From the NCBI GenBank assembly GCA_943371295.1, contig CALRUG020000001.1:7677-71676 (forward strand): DNA of 64,000 nucleotides, written 5' to 3'. The translations under genes and the position numbers were made by a program. This document shows, in pieces, positions 49,740-59,353 of the stretch (its first letter is position 1; every line of letters begins with the position of its first letter). The stretch is from Synechococcus sp. UW140. Its GTDB lineage: Bacteria; Bacteroidota; Bacteroidia; Chitinophagales; Chitinophagaceae. The notes beneath the pieces are model-generated. The model was given only the letters and a program-made list of their open reading frames with translations. It did no database searches and had not been told where the DNA came from.

Positions 49740-49769
49740 ATTACCATGGGGAGCAATTGTGGGGGATAT
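49740..49769. repeat. 30 bp direct repeat, copy 1
   Basis: ATTACCATGGGGAGCAATTGTGGGGGATAT; 29/30 identical to 51090-51119. Confidence 0.9.
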
Positions 49770-49877
49770 AGTGAAATTTAGAAATTAGTCTAATAATTGA
49801 GCCAATTAATACCCATAAATTTGGTTTCAAACAAGTGACTTCAAATATTTCAGTAACTTTAATACAAACATTAATGT

Positions 49878-50108
49878 ATGAAATACGGAGAAATTAGCAT
49901 TGACCCTGAAGTAATGAGTGGTGCTCCAGTATTTGCAGGAACCCGAGTTCAGATACAAACACTATTTGATTATATTGAAGGAGGTGAAGACTTAGCAGAG
50001 TTTCTAGACGACTTCCCTTCTGTTTCAAAAGAATCAGCTTTGGCAGTTTTAGAAATGGCAAAAAAATCGCTAACATCAGAGAAAATGCTTCATGAAAATT
50101 TTGCTTGA
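49878..50108 (+). CDS. DUF433 family antitoxin
   Basis: IDPEVMSGAPVFAGTRV...FLDDFPSV. Confidence 0.9.
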   Translation: MKYGEISIDPEVMSGAPVFAGTRVQIQTLFDYIEGGEDLAEFLDDFPSVSKESALAVLEMAKKSLTSEKMLHENFA

Positions 50109-50184
50109 CGAAAGTTTACCCAGAAAAATAAGACATGATTTTGGCAAAGATCATGATGTTTGGACTGTTCGAGATAAAGAATAG
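50092..50184 (+). pseudogene. Truncated DUF5615 (PIN-like) toxin
   Basis: MKILLDESLPRKIRHDFGKDHDVWTVRDKE*; typical N-terminus overlapping the DUF433 stop, ends after 30 aa. Confidence 0.8.
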
Positions 50185-50485
50185 ATTAGCTGCCAGTTAC
50201 TATAGCAGTATTAAAAGGGTCAGACAATAGATTGACTACACTACAAAAATTAATTCCACTTTTATTTCATAAGCTAAAAGAAGGAAATCTTCCCAATGTG
50301 ATAGAAATATTTTAACATGAGGATATTGATGAAAAATAGAGAAATCAGCCCCACTCCCCCTACACCCTATGTATCCAAACTTATTGATTGACTTCGAGCG
50401 TGGCAAAGAGAATTTTGATAACCTAATGGCCACATACGACCTAATAGAAACCTACTAGGAAAGAAAGAAGGATAAAAATTACATT

Positions 50486-50707
50486 TTATGCATTAGATGC
50501 ATCATTTGTTAAATCTATTTCTGTGTAATTAAAAATGGATACATCGTAATTCGCCAAAAGTTCCATAAAAGTCCTTTTAGTATATCCAGCAAGATCAGCA
50601 GCTTGACCTAAAGACAAATCTCCTTTTTCAAACAACTTTGCTGCTAAAAAAGTTTTAGCGTATCGCTCATCTAAGTCATCAGGTATTTGAAGTGTCAAAG
50701 TTTTCAT
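50486..50707 (-). CDS. UPF0175 family antitoxin
   Basis: LAAKLFEKGDLSLGQAADLAG...FMELL. Confidence 0.88.
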   Translation of the reverse strand: MKTLTLQIPDDLDERYAKTFLAAKLFEKGDLSLGQAADLAGYTKRTFMELLANYDVSIFNYTEIDLTNDASNA

Positions 50708-50931
50708 AATATAAATTTACAAATAGGGTCTTTAATGAATTCCTTCAAGTATACAAATATAGCCCTCAAAGATTCGGCAGTAACTGTTGGATAAGACTCA
50801 AGAATTTGTTTCTCAGTCCAACCAGCAGAAAATAATTCCAATACTAACTCTACAGAAATTCTAGTACCCTTTATGGTAGGTTTTCCAAGTAGAACTTGAT
50901 TATCAGAAACAATATGGTCTTGCCAATTCAT
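50704..50931 (-). CDS. DUF433 family antitoxin (second copy, C-terminus possibly rearranged)
   Basis: WQDHIVSD..VLLGKPTIKGTRISVELVLE...WTEKQILESYP. Confidence 0.88.
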   Translation of the reverse strand: MNWQDHIVSDNQVLLGKPTIKGTRISVELVLELFSAGWTEKQILESYPTVTAESLRAIFVYLKEFIKDPICKFIL

Positions 50932-51089
50932 AAAACAATTTACAAAATTTTAAAATTGCAACCACTAGACAAGATTAATACTTAAAAAAGATCATTCCGA
51001 CAAACTGAGCCACTTCCCAAATCCCAAAGCTCTAATCCCCCAACACACAAAGACCAATATTCCGGAAGCAATCAACAATGGAGTGTTTA

Positions 51090-51119
51090 ATTACCATGGG
51101 GTGCAATTGTGGGGGATAT
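51090..51119. repeat. 30 bp direct repeat, copy 2
   Basis: ATTACCATGGGGTGCAATTGTGGGGGATAT. Confidence 0.9.
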
Positions 51120-51284
51120 GAAAAAGAATAAACGTTATCTAACACGGTGGCTTTGATTCCCCCTACCCCTTAAGTACAAACACCTAATCTATTCCACCAA
51201 GCAATCCCTAGCTTCAAGCCTGAAAAAATAATTTTTCGAAAACTTCACATTTTGTGAACTTTTATTACATTTACAAATGAAACA

Positions 51285-51617
51285 ATGAAAATCAGGTTAG
51301 TCACACAACAATCCATTGAAGAATTCATTGAACAAAATGCTAATAGCTTGAATGGCTTTAGAACTTGGTTAACTCTTTTAAATTCTGCAAATTGGGAAGA
51401 ACCTTCGGACATGAAAGAAACATATAAAACGGCAGATTTATTAGGAAATGGGACTAATAGAGTGATTTTCAATATAGGGGGCAATAACTATAGAATGATA
51501 TGCAAATATCAATTCGGAGCTACGCAAGTTCATCTTTACATAAAGTGGATTGGCACACATTCCGATTACACAAAACTTTGTAAAAACAACAAACAATATA
51601 CCATTTCAACATACTAA
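51285..51617 (+). CDS. higB: HigB-family mRNA interferase toxin
   Basis: RVIFNIGGNNYRMI...YIKWIGTHSDY. Confidence 0.9.
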   Translation: MKIRLVTQQSIEEFIEQNANSLNGFRTWLTLLNSANWEEPSDMKETYKTADLLGNGTNRVIFNIGGNNYRMICKYQFGATQVHLYIKWIGTHSDYTKLCKNNKQYTISTY

Positions 51618-51627
51618 AATTCATCCC

Positions 51628-52077
51628 ATGACCCATCTACCCTATACCATCATCAAATCAAAGGCACAATACTATAAGTATTGTAATATTCTTGAAGCTT
51701 TGGTAGAAAGCAAAAAGAAAACCAAATCCATTCAGGATGAAATAGAACTACTCGAATTATTGATAGAAAAATATGATGCAGAGAATAGCAGCTTTACCAA
51801 TGCAGACCCTGTAGAGATTATCAAATCACTCATGACCGAACACAATATGAAAGCTGTAGACTTAGCCGAGCTTTTAAATGTGAGTGAAGGGCTGGTATCA
51901 GACATGCTGAAATATAAAAAAGGACTATCTAAAGAAACCATTCGAATTCTATCTCAAAAATTCAAAATCAGTCAGGAAGCATTGAATAAACCTTATGCAT
52001 TAAAACTAACTCCTCTTATCAAAATAAGAACCATAAAAAAACGACCCGCAGCCAGAAAAATAGCAAGGACTTTTTGA
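51628..52077 (+). CDS. higA: HigA-family HTH antitoxin
   Basis: ELLELLIEKYD; DPVEIIKSLMTEHNMKAVDLAELL...VSDMLKYKKGLS. Start at ATG 51628. Confidence 0.88.
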   Translation: MTHLPYTIIKSKAQYYKYCNILEALVESKKKTKSIQDEIELLELLIEKYDAENSSFTNADPVEIIKSLMTEHNMKAVDLAELLNVSEGLVSDMLKYKKGLSKETIRILSQKFKISQEALNKPYALKLTPLIKIRTIKKRPAARKIARTF

Positions 52078-53070
52078 TTACACGGCAACCCCACTCCCCC
52101 CAATCCTCAATAATTTCTCCGAAATATTTTTCAAATAATTCGCTTTTATATTTTCTCTTAGGAAAGAGTTGTTAACCATCTCAACAACCATAGGTTGCTT
52201 GACAATAAATTGCGCCAATATTCTTTCTGCTCTTTTAGGAAGGATAGACAGTCGTTTAGCAAGTTCTAAAAAATTGGGTCGTCCATAATATCCGTATTTA
52301 CTATAAAAGGCAGACTCATAATCTCCTTGATAGAGTTGCAATGCTGTATCCGATTCACCTGGACTATGAATGACAGTGCTTAATAAATCATAAGCAGGAC
52401 TTAACTGGTATTCACCATCCGTATTGCGGATCAAAGAAAAATTCTTAAGATGGGCATCCCCGTTTGAAAAGACATAATTAAAAACCACCAGTGTGAACAA
52501 ACGCTCACATGCGGTAATGGAAGCTGGTACGTATTGCTGAATCAGTTTTCCGATGTCTTCATAACTTCCCTGGTACTTAAAATTATCTCCATGGGTGCTT
52601 GAAGTCTTGCCGGATATTTGTGCAAAGTCTTCCTGTAAATATTTTGTGCCATCTGCAGCCAAATCAAATCGTTTAGTCAGATAAGCAGGCGTACCATCTT
52701 TAAAATATATAAGTACATTTTCGGCAGTAGGAATATTAAAAACCTGTTTAGCAATCTGCATAGTTAAATGCTCATTCTCTGGCACCTGATCAATCTGAGC
52801 CAACTGTTGGTAAGGTGGAATGGGTTTGAGTATATAAGTGCCTCCCCTTTCAGTCAGCACCAGTTCTTTATTTTCTAGCTTTAGTGAATACTTCAATTGT
52901 ACCCCTGAAATTGATAAGCGTTTACTATGCGCTTGAAAGTACGGGAGGTTCACATCTTTAGGCGTATCAAATGGCAATATGGGAGAAGTGCGTAACCCAG
53001 CAAACATTGTCTTCCTGCAGGAAAGACAATATCCCTCTTTTACTTCCTTATAACATCCCATGCATTGCAT
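52078..53070 (-). CDS. HipA-family kinase (HipT-like, C-terminal domain only)
   Basis: SISGVQLK; YILKP; NEHLTMQIA; YLTKRFD; QEDFAQ; NGDAHLKNFSL; LSPAYDLL. Confidence 0.92.
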   Translation of the reverse strand: MQCMGCYKEVKEGYCLSCRKTMFAGLRTSPILPFDTPKDVNLPYFQAHSKRLSISGVQLKYSLKLENKELVLTERGGTYILKPIPPYQQLAQIDQVPENEHLTMQIAKQVFNIPTAENVLIYFKDGTPAYLTKRFDLAADGTKYLQEDFAQISGKTSSTHGDNFKYQGSYEDIGKLIQQYVPASITACERLFTLVVFNYVFSNGDAHLKNFSLIRNTDGEYQLSPAYDLLSTVIHSPGESDTALQLYQGDYESAFYSKYGYYGRPNFLELAKRLSILPKRAERILAQFIVKQPMVVEMVNNSFLRENIKANYLKNISEKLLRIGGSGVAV

Positions 53071-53390
53071 TAGTCAATCGTTTTAATAGTTATAGCACCA
53101 ATCGTGTCTTCACCGGCAGTTTGCAATAGCCGAGTAAAATCATCGCGTTCATCTATTTTCAAGGTCCTACATTGGATATCCTTATTCACCCCTTCTGCCA
53201 ATAACCCTTGAAAAAAAGCGAATAAATGGTCTGATGTATATATGGGTTGGTTTTTGGGTAAAGTCAGACTTATTGCAGGTTGAGCATCATCATGATAATA
53301 AGCCAGATCATAACTAAAACTAAATTGACCCTCCCGATTTTTAGTCAAGTATCCTGCCAGTTTTCCATTGTTATAAACTGCTCCGGTCAT
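53070..53390 (-). CDS. HipA N-terminal (couple_hipA / HipS-like) protein
   Basis: AGYL...F.F.YD...ISLTLP...LFAFFQGLLAEG...DTIGAITI. Confidence 0.9.
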   Translation of the reverse strand: MTGAVYNNGKLAGYLTKNREGQFSFSYDLAYYHDDAQPAISLTLPKNQPIYTSDHLFAFFQGLLAEGVNKDIQCRTLKIDERDDFTRLLQTAGEDTIGAITIKTID

Positions 53391-53599
53391 GCATTAATTT
53401 TTTTAATAGTTACTACGATATCCAGTCCTAGTACCTCTACAATTTTTGCTAACGTTGAAAAGGAAGGATTGCCTTTACCGGATTCTAACTGGTAGATAGT
53501 TTTGGTAGTAACACCAGCCAATTCAGACAAATCCTCCTGTTTTAAAGAAAGGTCCACCCTTCTTTTGGCCACTAATTGTCCAATTTTAGCTAATTCCAT
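53387..53599 (-). CDS. HipB-like XRE HTH regulator
   Basis: RRVDLSLKQEDLSELAGVTTKTIYQLESGKGNPSFSTL. Confidence 0.9.
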   Translation of the reverse strand: MELAKIGQLVAKRRVDLSLKQEDLSELAGVTTKTIYQLESGKGNPSFSTLAKIVEVLGLDIVVTIKKINA

Positions 53600-53601
53600 C
53601 G

Positions 53602-53673
53602 GTATTATAATTCTTAATTACCCCAATATTAGGCAAAAATTTTCAAATACAAACAAAATAGGTATTATAATAC
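53602..53673. promoter_or_regulatory. Two 12 bp palindromic operators upstream of the hipB-like gene
   Basis: GTATTATAATAC (perfect, 53662-53673) and GTATTATAATTC (53602-53613), 60 bp apart. Confidence 0.6.
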
Positions 53674-53689
53674 TGAAATGAAGTTCAAC

Positions 53690-55018
53690 CTAAACAAACC
53701 GATTAATCAAATTCTCCAAATACTCTTGCCTACCACTAATTACAGCAGGCTCCCCGGCTTGAATGGCATAACTACGTAAGTCTTCTAATACCAAATTCCC
53801 ATCCGCAAAATCCTTACCCCGGCCTTGATCAAATGACGCATAACGTTGCGTGCGGAAACTGCGATACTCAGATTGGTTCAATATTTTATCCGCAACAATT
53901 AATGCCCTGGCAAATGCATCCATACCACCAATATGCGCATAAAATAAATCAGCAGGGTCGGTACTATTTCGACGAATCTTCGCATCAAAATTAATTCCAC
54001 CACCCGCAAAACCATCGGCTTCTACAATCACCAACATGGCTTCCACCAATTCATTAATATTCGTAGGGAATTGATCGGTGTCCCAACCATTTTGATAATC
54101 TCCCCTATTCGCATCCATACTACCTAATAAACCAGCATCAGCAGCAACTTGTAACTCATGCTGAAAAGTGTGCCCAGCAAGGGTTGCGTGGTTCACTTCA
54201 ATATTCAATTTAAAATCATTTAACAAATCATACTGACGTAAAAAACCAATCACTGTTTCGCAATCGTAATCATACTGGTGTTTACTAGGCTCACAAGGTT
54301 TGGGCTCTATAAAAAATGTTCCCTTAAATCCATTCTTACGCGCATAGTCTTTGGCCATATGCAAGAAGCGCGCAAGATGATCTTTCTCGCGTTTCATATT
54401 GGTATTGAGCAAACTCATATACCCTTCTCTACCACCCCAAAAAACATAATTTTCTCCACCCAATGCAATGGTTGCATCTAATGCCGCTTTCACTTGTGCA
54501 CCTGCATGTGCAAGCACCTGAAAATCTGGATTCGTAGCAGCACCATTCATATACCTTCTGTTACTGAACAAATTAGCAGTACCCCAAAGCAATTTCACGC
54601 CACTGGCTTGTTGCTTCTCTTTAAAATAATCCGTAATAGCCCCTAAGCGACGTTCATTCTCATGGATATCATTGGTATAATCCACTGCATCCACATCATG
54701 AAAACAATAATATGGAACACCTAGTTTGGTAATAAATTCAAAAGCCGCGTCGGCTTTTTGCTTGGCTCTTTCAACTGCGTCTGATGTTTGATCCCAAGGA
54801 AATAAATGAGTGGGTTCACCAAACGGATCAGCACCACTACCACAGAAGCTATGCCAATAAGCGCAAGCAAAACGCATCCACTCTTTCATCGTTTTTCCAG
54901 CCACCACGCGACCTTCATCGTACCAACGAAACGCAAGCGGGTTATCACTCTCCAACCCTTCGTAATTTATTTTTCCAATTCCTTTGAAATATTCTTTTTG
55001 GCCAAGTAAAATAGACAT
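53690..55018 (-). CDS. xylA: Xylose isomerase
   Basis: RFACAYWH; FHDVD; WGGREGY; [14 protein letters not shown]; [12 protein letters not shown]; GWDTDQFP. Confidence 0.98.
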   Translation of the reverse strand: MSILLGQKEYFKGIGKINYEGLESDNPLAFRWYDEGRVVAGKTMKEWMRFACAYWHSFCGSGADPFGEPTHLFPWDQTSDAVERAKQKADAAFEFITKLGVPYYCFHDVDAVDYTNDIHENERRLGAITDYFKEKQQASGVKLLWGTANLFSNRRYMNGAATNPDFQVLAHAGAQVKAALDATIALGGENYVFWGGREGYMSLLNTNMKREKDHLARFLHMAKDYARKNGFKGTFFIEPKPCEPSKHQYDYDCETVIGFLRQYDLLNDFKLNIEVNHATLAGHTFQHELQVAADAGLLGSMDANRGDYQNGWDTDQFPTNINELVEAMLVIVEADGFAGGGINFDAKIRRNSTDPADLFYAHIGGMDAFARALIVADKILNQSEYRSFRTQRYASFDQGRGKDFADGNLVLEDLRSYAIQAGEPAVISGRQEYLENLINRFV

Positions 55019-55062
55019 ATCGTTTTTTATTTTTTTGTTATTGTGGGATTATAGCTGTTGAA

Positions 55063-56541
55063 TTATTGAAGCTGTAGCTCCAACTGTTCCCTCCATCCAT
55101 GATAGCGTTCGTTATATGCTGCAATATGTTTGGGTTCAGTAACTGAAATAGAATGGCGATTGCTAAACGCATCTTGCGCATCGGAATAGATACCCGCACC
55201 AATGCCGGCACCCAGAGCTGCACCGATGCTTCCATCCCCCTCATAAAATTCTACTGCCACATCATTCACTGATGCAAATGCTTGTGTAAATACATCGCTT
55301 AAAAAAAGATTGGCTTTGCCTGCGCGAACAACCGACGGATTCATTCCATTCTCGCGCATGATATCAAATCCATACCGCATGGCAAAAGCGATGCCTTCTT
55401 GCACCGAACGAACCATATGCGCCGTATCGTGTAAATTAAAATCAAGCCCAGTAAATTGTCCACCTATTAATTGATTACCCAACATGCGTTCAGCTCCATT
55501 TCCAAAAGGCAATGCATATAATCCATTGGCGCCAATAGGCACCCTTGCCGCTAATTCATTCAATGTTGCATAACTATGTTGAGCACCAGTAATATTTTTC
55601 ATCCATCGGTTAAAAATGCCCGTGCCATTAATACAAAGCAGCACCCCAATACGAGGTTCTTCACTGCTATGGTTTACATGCGCAAAGCTGTTGATTCTAG
55701 ATTGTTGATCGTAAGCCAGTTTATTGTTGACTCCATAAATAACACCTGAAGTACCTGCTGTAGTAGCTACTTCACCTGGTTGCATTACTTGCAATGCCAA
55801 TGCATTATTGGGTTGATCACCCGCTTTGTAACTTACAGGTATACCCTTACGCATTTGTAAGCGTTCAGCTACTTGATTACTAATGGTACCATGATTGCTG
55901 AAAACCGGCTGTATAGAAGGAAAGAGGGAATTAGAGAATCCAAAATAATCTAGCACATCCCTAGAAATTTGCTGCGCTTTAAAGTCCCAGAAAATCCCTT
56001 CAGAAAGTGCAGAAACAGTAGTGGTTGTATTACGGGTTAATTTCATTGCAATAAAATCACCGGGTAACATCACTTGATGAATTTTTTCATAAACAGCTGG
56101 TTCATGTTGTTTCACCCAAGCCAGTTTACTGGCGGTAAAATTCCCAGGAGAGTTCAATAAATGTTCTAAACAACGCTTCGAGCCAATTGCTTCAAAAGCT
56201 TGATTACCTATTTCAACAGCCCTACTATCGCACCAAATAATGGCATTCCTCAAAACATTGCCATCTCGATCAACCAATACCAAACCATGCATTTGATAAG
56301 CAATACCGATAGCACCAATATCCTTAGGATCATAATTGCCCTTTGCATGGCATTTTAGAATCGCCTGCTGAACATATTCCCACCATTTATCGGGGCTTTG
56401 TTCGGCCCAACCTGCATGAAGTGCAATGATTTCTGCTTCAGTCTCCGGGTAAGTAGCAGACGATACAGATTGTTGCGTAGCTGCATCTACCACAGAAACT
56501 TTTACAGATGAAGTACCAATATCAATTCCTAATAAAAGCAT
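55063..56541 (-). CDS. xylB: Xylulokinase (FGGY family)
   Basis: GIDIGTSSVK; GIAYQMHG; WCDSRA; AGDQPNNA; GTSG; adjacent to xylA. Confidence 0.95.
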   Translation of the reverse strand: MLLLGIDIGTSSVKVSVVDAATQQSVSSATYPETEAEIIALHAGWAEQSPDKWWEYVQQAILKCHAKGNYDPKDIGAIGIAYQMHGLVLVDRDGNVLRNAIIWCDSRAVEIGNQAFEAIGSKRCLEHLLNSPGNFTASKLAWVKQHEPAVYEKIHQVMLPGDFIAMKLTRNTTTTVSALSEGIFWDFKAQQISRDVLDYFGFSNSLFPSIQPVFSNHGTISNQVAERLQMRKGIPVSYKAGDQPNNALALQVMQPGEVATTAGTSGVIYGVNNKLAYDQQSRINSFAHVNHSSEEPRIGVLLCINGTGIFNRWMKNITGAQHSYATLNELAARVPIGANGLYALPFGNGAERMLGNQLIGGQFTGLDFNLHDTAHMVRSVQEGIAFAMRYGFDIMRENGMNPSVVRAGKANLFLSDVFTQAFASVNDVAVEFYEGDGSIGAALGAGIGAGIYSDAQDAFSNRHSISVTEPKHIAAYNERYHGWREQLELQLQ

Positions 56542-56575
56542 TTCACTAATTTACATATTATATCAATGAAAATAC

Positions 56576-57205
56576 ATGAACACCCAACAAGCATACAATA
56601 TCTGGTCGGAACAATACGACACCAATGAAAATAAAACCAGAGACCTAGAAGCCATTTCATTAAGAGAACATATAAAGGGGCAAACATTTGAACATTGCTT
56701 AGAAATTGGATGCGGTACAGGAAAGAATACGGAATGGTTAGTTACACAAGCCGCCAAAGTATTGGCAGTAGACCTTTCTGAAGAAATGCTGTCAAAAGCC
56801 AAACAGAAAATCAACGCTTCTAACATAACATTTATACAAGCGGATATCACCCAAGACTGGAGCTTTACCAACGGTAATCAATTCGACCTAGCCACATTCA
56901 GTTTAGTATTAGAACATATTGAAGACCTAGAAGCAATCTTTGCGCAACTCAACAAAGTCATGCAAACCAATGGCATTATTTACATAGGCGAATTACATCC
57001 TTTTAAACAATACAATGGATCAAAAGCACGCTTTGAAACCAGTGAGGGAGTACAAGTAGTTACCTGCTTTAATCACCATATTACCGACTTTGTAAATGCT
57101 GCAAAAAACCATGGTTTTGAACTCATCAAGATTAACGAATACTTCGACGAGAACAACAAGAATGCGATTCCTAGAATCTTAACGCTAGTATTCAAAAAAA
57201 ACTAA
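56576..57205 (+). CDS. Class I SAM-dependent methyltransferase
   Basis: LEIGCGTGKN; AVDLSEEML; LVLEHI; ELHPFKQY.G. Confidence 0.9.
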   Translation: MNTQQAYNIWSEQYDTNENKTRDLEAISLREHIKGQTFEHCLEIGCGTGKNTEWLVTQAAKVLAVDLSEEMLSKAKQKINASNITFIQADITQDWSFTNGNQFDLATFSLVLEHIEDLEAIFAQLNKVMQTNGIIYIGELHPFKQYNGSKARFETSEGVQVVTCFNHHITDFVNAAKNHGFELIKINEYFDENNKNAIPRILTLVFKKN

Positions 57206-57208
57206 ATC

Positions 57209-59335
57209 ATGCTTAAAAAAATACTTTTTTTCTGTTTTGTCTTTTTTTCAATTACTTATACAACTGCGCAAAATAACACTTCAGCTATTTCATTAGAAAA
57301 AGCAATTGAGGATTTTAATGCTGCCTTTAATTATACACCGTATGGTAATAGTGAATATCTTACTAAAATCAGTTTGAACGAAAAAAGGAATATCATCACA
57401 TTACATTTCCAAAAGAGCAAACCACAAATTTTACTAGAACGCATCGACAAAATGGAATGTATAAAGTTTGGAAAAGACGATGCTAAAATAAGATTGAGTT
57501 CTAATAAAATTGGCTATTGTTATTGCAGTAGCGATAACGACTGTAGAGATTATTTTGAATTTGATAAGTTTAATCAGGCAGCACTAGATAAATTCTTTCT
57601 TCATTTTGGGAATATTATAGATGCATGGAAACAAGAAAATAAAATAAAAACTAAGGGGTTAACTTATGTAGAAAAAAATGCTAAGATGAGATCTCCTGAC
57701 TTTCTTTGGGAAATAAAAGAAGGCAAATTGGTTCAAATCATTGATATACCAAAATCTGATTTCAATTACAAATCCGTTAAAAAAATTATTGGCACTACTG
57801 TTAAAGTAGGACGTATGGATTTAAATAATGATTTTGAAACATACAGAGGGTTAATTAAAACAGCTGAGAATGAATTAATGGCTATTGACAATGCTTCGAT
57901 TATACCTATCAACAACAATATCCGCAATACTGGCACACAAACCATTGCAGCCAATTTATATGAAACTAGCGACCCGGCCATTTATGAGAACAAGTATTTC
58001 AATTTCAACAAAAAACTATACACTGTAAATAAAGGCGATAACAAAATTGAAGAAATTGATTTTGAATTTGGGAAAGCCAAAACAATAATAGAAAAAGATT
58101 TGAACGAAAAGATTATTGCCACAGCAACCAGTAATCGTTATATCTATTTTGCAACAACAAATGGGAACAGGTATTCACTCTATTCTTATGACCCCGTTAC
58201 TACTGAATCTAAAACGCTCTCGAATAAACAGAATGATTGGTTAACCTATTTAGAAAATGCTGCTACAGGGGAAAAATACGAGCTTTATCTTTCTAGCTTC
58301 AAAGATAGAATTGAAATCATTTATTCTGTAAATAAGATAAATAATTCTACAGGCTTCTCTGCTCAGAATAGAAAACACTATATCGTATTTGATGAAGACT
58401 TAATAGTCAGGGCTGTGCATACAAACTCAAGAATTAATTCGGCAACTGATCTATTAAAATTCAAGAACTACGGTATCACATATACTGGATTTGGTTTTAC
58501 AAAGCATAAGCTATTGATGAATATTTACAAAGACGAAACAGGAAAATTCCATCAACTGGCAACAGCAACTTACAACCCTAAAACATTTTCATACGATAGT
58601 ATAAAAACATACCTCCTAAAACCAGAAAGTATGACAACGGAAAAGATTTTTGAGGCAAAAGGGGAAGTTTTTGCTATAGTATCTTTCAAGGATGACACGT
58701 ACTCAAAAACAAAGAGGAATCATCTTTATAAATTGAATGAGAAAGGTCAACTTATATCAATTGGGAATTTAGGAAAAGGAGAAGAAAATGATCTTGCATC
58801 CATTGCTATCATGGGGGATCATATCTATATAAAATCCTTTTCTGCATTTTATAAATACACCCTCTCATTAGATTACTTAAAAGAAATAATTAGTTATCCT
58901 GAAAATGTAATTATACCATCCGACTTATACCCCTCGAAAGATGGGCATCTTATTTTTCGAAAATTTGCAAAGAACCCGCTTGGCCCTTTAGAAAATATGA
59001 TCTACAACTGGAAAACGGAAACAGTGACTCCCATTACCCAAATACTTAATTCAAATAAAGACTTTAAAGATACAGAAGACCCATTTTCAAAATGGATCAG
59101 CACAGAAAAGTTCAATTATGTAATTAAAAAAACTAATGAGAAATATGCTTTGTATAAAATTGATATCAATCAAAATTTAGCCGAACAAGTTCAAATTCCC
59201 AATTTAGATTATCTCAAGTTTAAAGAGATTATAACATATGCTTACTCCATTAACATAAACCATATTTTTCTTAAAGTTAAATACCTTGAAAAAAATAAAG
59301 AAGTTGAAAAATATTTAGTGTACAAGTGTGAATAA
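57209..59335 (+). CDS. Large hypothetical secreted protein (possible beta-propeller C-half)
   Basis: Signal peptide ending TTAQ; AT-rich coding; repeated short aromatic beta-strand motifs. Confidence 0.6.
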   Translation: MLKKILFFCFVFFSITYTTAQNNTSAISLEKAIEDFNAAFNYTPYGNSEYLTKISLNEKRNIITLHFQKSKPQILLERIDKMECIKFGKDDAKIRLSSNKIGYCYCSSDNDCRDYFEFDKFNQAALDKFFLHFGNIIDAWKQENKIKTKGLTYVEKNAKMRSPDFLWEIKEGKLVQIIDIPKSDFNYKSVKKIIGTTVKVGRMDLNNDFETYRGLIKTAENELMAIDNASIIPINNNIRNTGTQTIAANLYETSDPAIYENKYFNFNKKLYTVNKGDNKIEEIDFEFGKAKTIIEKDLNEKIIATATSNRYIYFATTNGNRYSLYSYDPVTTESKTLSNKQNDWLTYLENAATGEKYELYLSSFKDRIEIIYSVNKINNSTGFSAQNRKHYIVFDEDLIVRAVHTNSRINSATDLLKFKNYGITYTGFGFTKHKLLMNIYKDETGKFHQLATATYNPKTFSYDSIKTYLLKPESMTTEKIFEAKGEVFAIVSFKDDTYSKTKRNHLYKLNEKGQLISIGNLGKGEENDLASIAIMGDHIYIKSFSAFYKYTLSLDYLKEIISYPENVIIPSDLYPSKDGHLIFRKFAKNPLGPLENMIYNWKTETVTPITQILNSNKDFKDTEDPFSKWISTEKFNYVIKKTNEKYALYKIDINQNLAEQVQIPNLDYLKFKEIITYAYSININHIFLKVKYLEKNKEVEKYLVYKCE

Positions 59336-59353
59336 AAAGACAAACCAATTTAA

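Larger units (their letters stand above)
37113..53680. mobile_element. tRNA-Leu-anchored AT-rich defence/TA genomic island (no integrase seen)
   Basis: Abrupt shift to AT-rich sequence after the tRNA; content is almost entirely defence and TA genes; housekeeping resumes at xylA. Boundaries are approximate. Confidence 0.75.

Noticed and set aside
49028-50184. TAG recoding or readthrough as a genome feature
   Set aside because: TAG is used as a normal stop in queG, mutS, hscB and others, and the sequence after the DUF5615 TAG does not continue the protein family pattern.
50236-50433. 65 aa minus-strand ORF as the missing toxin
   Set aside because: No PIN acidic residues or other recognisable motif; likely spurious.
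37113-53690. Intact prophage/ICE with attL-attR
   Set aside because: No integrase, relaxase, structural or tra genes, and no second copy of the tRNA 3' end found by eye near the right boundary.
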